Assembly: GCF_018350175.1 (NCBI RefSeq)
Contig: NC_058369.1
Coordinates: 15,874,001 to 15,938,000, forward strand
Source of the DNA: Felis catus
Lineage: Eukaryota
Direction of reading: 5' to 3'
Length of the DNA stretch: 64,000 bases
The position numbers and the translations under genes were made by a program. Every line of letters begins with the position of its first letter. Position 1 is the first letter of the stretch. The notes beneath the pieces are model-generated. The model was not told where the DNA came from. It did not search any database and saw only the letters and a program-made list of their open reading frames with translations. Below, one piece after another: positions 60,375-64,000 of this stretch.

Positions 60375-61460
60375 ATGGAGGCTTTGATGGCCGGAACTGA
60401 GACGGTGACAGCGGATGCGTCTGTCAGGACCACACTGTTCGACTATGAGTTCTCGCTGCCATGTGAAAAAATCAACGTCAAGGAGCTGGGGTCCCGCCTC
60501 TTGCCCCCACTGTATTCCCTGGTGTTCGTGGTTGGTCTGCTGGGCAACGCGATGGTGGTGGTGATCCTCACAAAATACAGGAGGCTCCGGATCATGACCA
60601 ACATCTTCCTGCTCAATTTGGCCATTTCTGACTTGCTCTTCCTGTTCACTCTGCTGTTCTGGATTCACTACAGCAGGTCGAACGAGTGGGTGTTCGGCCA
60701 CTTCATGTGTAAGCTCCTCTCCGGGCTTTACTACATGGGCTTGTACAGCGAGATTTTCTTCATCATCCTGCTGACCATAGACCGGTACCTGGCCATCGTC
60801 CACGCCGTGTTCGCCCTGCGGACCCGGACCGTCACTTTCGGTATCATCATGAGCGTCCTCACCTGGGGCCTGGCAGGGATAGCGGCCCTCCCTGAATTTG
60901 TCTTCCATCAGTCCCAAAATGATGCTGAACAGTACATCTGTTTGCCTCTTTATCCAGGAGGCCAAGAGGATAACTGGAAGCGTTTCCATGCTCTGAGCAT
61001 GAACATCCTCAGTCTGGCCCTGCCTCTGCTCATCATGGCCGTCTGCTACGCGGGAATTATTAGGACACTGCTGAGATGCCCCAATAAAACCAAGTACAAG
61101 GCCATCCGGCTCATTTTTGTCATCATGGTGGTCTTTTTCATGTTCTGGACCCCCTACAACCTGGTCCTCCTTCTCTCTGCTTTCCAAACGATCTTCTTTG
61201 AGGTCAGTTGTGAGCAGAGCAAATGGCTCGATGTGGCCATGCAGGTGACAGAGGTGATAGCCTACACGCACTGCTGCGTTAACCCCGTCATCTACGCCTT
61301 CGTGGGGGAGAGGTTCCGGGAGCACCTCAGCCACTTCTTCCGCAGGCACGTGGCCACCAACCTGGGCAAATACATCCCGTTCCTTCCCAGCGAGAAATCA
61401 GACCGAGCCAGCTCTGGCTCCCCATCAACGGGGGAACAGGAGCTCTCTTTTGTCTTTTAG
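60375..61460 (+). CDS. CCR3: C-C chemokine receptor type 3 (eotaxin receptor), 361 aa, intronless CDS
   Basis: Translation has [70 protein letters not shown] and C-terminal ELSFVF. ATG 60375 in strong Kozak context (ACAATGG), 5 nt after acceptor TTTCTATCATAG|G (60369/60370). Second in-frame ATG at 60387. Confidence 0.96.
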   Translation: MEALMAGTETVTADASVRTTLFDYEFSLPCEKINVKELGSRLLPPLYSLVFVVGLLGNAMVVVILTKYRRLRIMTNIFLLNLAISDLLFLFTLLFWIHYSRSNEWVFGHFMCKLLSGLYYMGLYSEIFFIILLTIDRYLAIVHAVFALRTRTVTFGIIMSVLTWGLAGIAALPEFVFHQSQNDAEQYICLPLYPGGQEDNWKRFHALSMNILSLALPLLIMAVCYAGIIRTLLRCPNKTKYKAIRLIFVIMVVFFMFWTPYNLVLLLSAFQTIFFEVSCEQSKWLDVAMQVTEVIAYTHCCVNPVIYAFVGERFREHLSHFFRRHVATNLGKYIPFLPSEKSDRASSGSPSTGEQELSFVF

Positions 61461-61832
61461 GCCAGATGCGGAAAATTACCTAAAGCGGATGAGCCGGGCA
61501 GATGAAGGAAACACATTAAGTCCATCGCGTTGACTTTAACGCCAGCCCTTTGAACTTCTAGCTCGATGCCGAAACTTGTAAAGACATTAAAGCGTATACA
61601 CAATGGGGTCAGCAGACCCGTGTGCCCCGGACGTTAACGGGGGTCACTAGTTAGTCAGTTCACTTGCCGTCCACACAGAAGTTTGCTCGGTTCTTGGAAG
61701 AGTTACATCCAGTGTAATGTACCCAAGTGTTAGCTAGTCACTATATGCAGCTATGAGCAGGTAAATCATTTTACAGTTTAAACCTTAACTTTAGCTAGCT
61801 GTTGCATAAATGAAACGTATTTCACAAAATAC

Positions 61833-61838
61833 AATAAA
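61833..61838 (+). terminator. Candidate CCR3 poly(A) signal AATAAA
   Basis: First AATAAA about 370 nt after the stop codon, followed by T-rich sequence. Confidence 0.65.
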
Positions 61839-61969
61839 TCAGTCGCAATACTTTTAATGTGCCTAGCTCTCTCCTTGCTTGATGAAAAGGCTTTTCCTTC
61901 TTTTTTTAGCTTATGTATATGTACTCTCCAGCAGCATAATGGCACGTCACCTTTGTTCCGAGTATTCTT

Positions 61970-62510
61970 TTTTCTTTTTTGAAGTTTATTTATTTATTTT
62001 AAGAGAGAGAGAGAAACTCCAACGCAGGCTCCTCACTGGCAGCACAGAGCCCGACGCGGGGCTCAAACTCACGAACCGTGAGATCATGGCTTGAGCCAAA
62101 ACCAAGAGTCAGAAACGTAACCAACTGAGTCACCCAGATAGCCTTCTTCCCTCTTTTTATTTTTTTTTAAGATTTTATTTTTAAGTAATCTCCACACCTA
62201 ACACAGGATTTGCACTCACAACCCTGAGATCCAGTCGTGCGTTCTACCGACTGAGCCAGCCAGGTGCCCCTCCACTCCTGCCCTGAGTATTCTTTTTTTT
62301 TTTTTTTCAACATTTATTTATTTTTGGGACAGAGAGAGACACAGCATGAATGGGGGAGGGGCAGAGAGAGAGGGAGACACAGAATCGGAAGCAGACTCCA
62401 GGCTCTGAGCCATCAGCCCAGAGCCTGACGCGGGGCTCGAACTCCCGGACCGCGAGATCGTGACCTGGCTGAAGTCGGATGCTTAACCGACTGCGCCACC
62501 CAGGCGCCCC
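61970..62510 (-). mobile_element. Three adjacent SINEs just downstream of CCR3 (61970-62142, 62155-62270, 62295-62510)
   Basis: The youngest has a perfect TSD CCTGCCCTGAGTATTCTT at 62277-62294 and 62511-62528. Confidence 0.92.
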
Positions 62511-62679
62511 CCTGCCCTGAGTATTCTTAATAGTGAATGGATTTCCTCTTTACACCAAATGACCAAATTTCCCATGAGCGACTCAACAGAAGAATTGTGA
62601 TTTGATATGTTCAGTGTAGAGAATAAAGGCCCTGCTGGTAGAAACTTCTCAGAGCCTTGCAATGTGCAGACACTGTCCT

Positions 62680-63400
62680 CTTAAACACCAAGCTCACCGT
62701 TTGTCCAGCAACTGTGCTTAAGGTGATGTGGACAGGACGCGCTAACATTGCTCTCGGTTAAGTGAAGGATGAAAAAAGTGTGTGAGACAAACAATCCCTG
62801 ACCTGTGAACTCTTCCATCTGGTAGGGGGTGTGAGACAGAGACAGATGACTCCAGAAATGAAGAGGAACACACTCAGGGCTCTGCCTGGGCCAGGGAGGG
62901 AGAGACCATTTCTACCTGGAATCTGAGGCAGAAAGACTTCACGGAGGAAGTGGCTTTTGAGCAGGTCTTTGAAAAAAGGACAGGATTTGGAAAGGGAGGG
63001 GATATGGGGGAGATAGCCGAAGCCAACAGAATGCCCAATACAAAGGTGAGGGGGGAGGGCACAAACTCACGTGGACTGTAGGGCAGGGTGGGAAGGTTGC
63101 AATGGGCCATGGATTTCAGGCAAAGCATCTTGGGCTTTTCTGGGAAGACAAAGGGAACTACTGAAGGGTTTAGAGCAGGGGAGAAGAACAATCCTCATGG
63201 TGCGTTAGGAAGATAAATCCAGTGATACAGGATGGAGTAAAGACCCCAGAATCACGCAGGGACGTGGGTTAGAAGACAAGGGTACATGTGAGGCAAAGAG
63301 AGATCAATGGCTAATAAGAGAGGGGCCAGAAGAACCCAGAGAGGAATTTGGCCAAGAGGCACCATGACAGAGGAGTCAAAGCACCGGGAGCAATAGAAGA
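62680..63400 (-). mobile_element. L2 3' fragment
   Basis: AAGACTTCACGGAGGAAGTGGCTTTTGAGC and GGGAACTACTGAAGGGTTTAGAGCAGGGGAG are antisense L2 signatures. Confidence 0.75.
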
Positions 63401-63459
63401 CTGATTGAAAACAAGAAAGCAAAGACCAAACAGAATGTATCATATGTCAAAAAGGAAAG

Positions 63460-63468
63460 AGAAAGAAA

Positions 63469-63512
<44 letters not shown>
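63460..63512 (+). repeat. (GAAA)n repeat
   Basis: Direct observation. Confidence 0.96.
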
Positions 63513-63514
<2 letters not shown>

Positions 63515-63731
63515 CACATGCGGATTATTTGCTGGGCTCGGGTGGGCTGCCCATCTCTTAAAGGATGGGAAAGGAAGCAGGGGTAGCCTTGGGTGTCTTT
63601 GGGAAGAAATGTGAGTGCAGAACACAAGTGTGACTTTCCTCCGAAACCACTTGTGCCTTTTGGCTTGTGGACTGTGGAACCACATTACCAATGAAAGATA
63701 AACACAAACCTTTAGAATTATATATTTAAAA

Positions 63732-63790
63732 GAAGAAGAAGAAGAAGAAGAAGAAGAAGAAGAAGAAGAAGATGAAGAAGAAGAAGAAGA
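63732..63790 (+). repeat. (GAA)13 GAT (GAA)5 trinucleotide repeat
   Basis: Direct observation. Confidence 0.97.
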
Positions 63791-64000
63791 CAAGCTAGGC
63801 TGCTCTTCAGATGTGGTATCCATTCCACCAGCCACGAGGGCATTGGGAACTTTGAAGTACCTTTGATCTCTTTTGTGGTTCAGCCAGAATGTACTATAAA
63901 GAGCAATCATGTGAAGACTTAACTACACATCACAGGGTTTCCTCTCGCATTGGGAAGTGACATCTGTCCTTAGGTAAGCACAGGTGCGGAATATAGGTGT

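Noticed and set aside
60288..61349. 353-aa antisense ORF spanning CCR3
   Set aside because: It is the mirror frame of the CDS. Antisense stops need sense TTA/CTA/TCA codons, which are rare in this GC3-rich gene. No recognisable protein.
63440..63910. ORF with poly-Ser and SFFL repeats
   Set aside because: Translation of the (GAA)n and (GAAA)n microsatellites.

Overview
Mammalian genomic DNA from a cat-family carnivore (Felidae), judged by about 45 CanSINE/SINEC_Fc-type tRNA-derived SINEs and feline-type L1 3' ends. The window holds part of the CC-chemokine receptor cluster: CCR1 (minus strand, single coding exon 22149-23231, non-coding exon 1 near 26466-26523) and CCR3 (plus strand, single coding exon 60375-61460, non-coding exon 1 near 45936-46102), arranged head to head. 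The rest is repeat-rich non-coding DNA: nested L1s, L2, MIR, hAT MITEs, LTR remnants, microsatellites and a C-rich VNTR. Nearly all other ORFs in the track are artefacts of SINEs, repeats or GC content. I see no evidence of a wholly new biological system. The most interesting signals are lineage-specific changes in the two receptor genes: (1) the ancestral CCR1 start codon appears to be ACG, with a new in-frame ATG five codons upstream; (2) CCR3 lacks the conserved TM2 TxP proline; (3) the CCR1 3' UTR runs directly into a SINE that offers the first AATAAA; (4) the GATA sites of human CCR3 exon 1 appear lost; (5) CCR1 and CCR3 share near-identical tracts suggestive of gene conversion. Comparisons with human sequences and repeat consensuses are from memory and need checking by alignment. 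Repeat boundaries are approximate.
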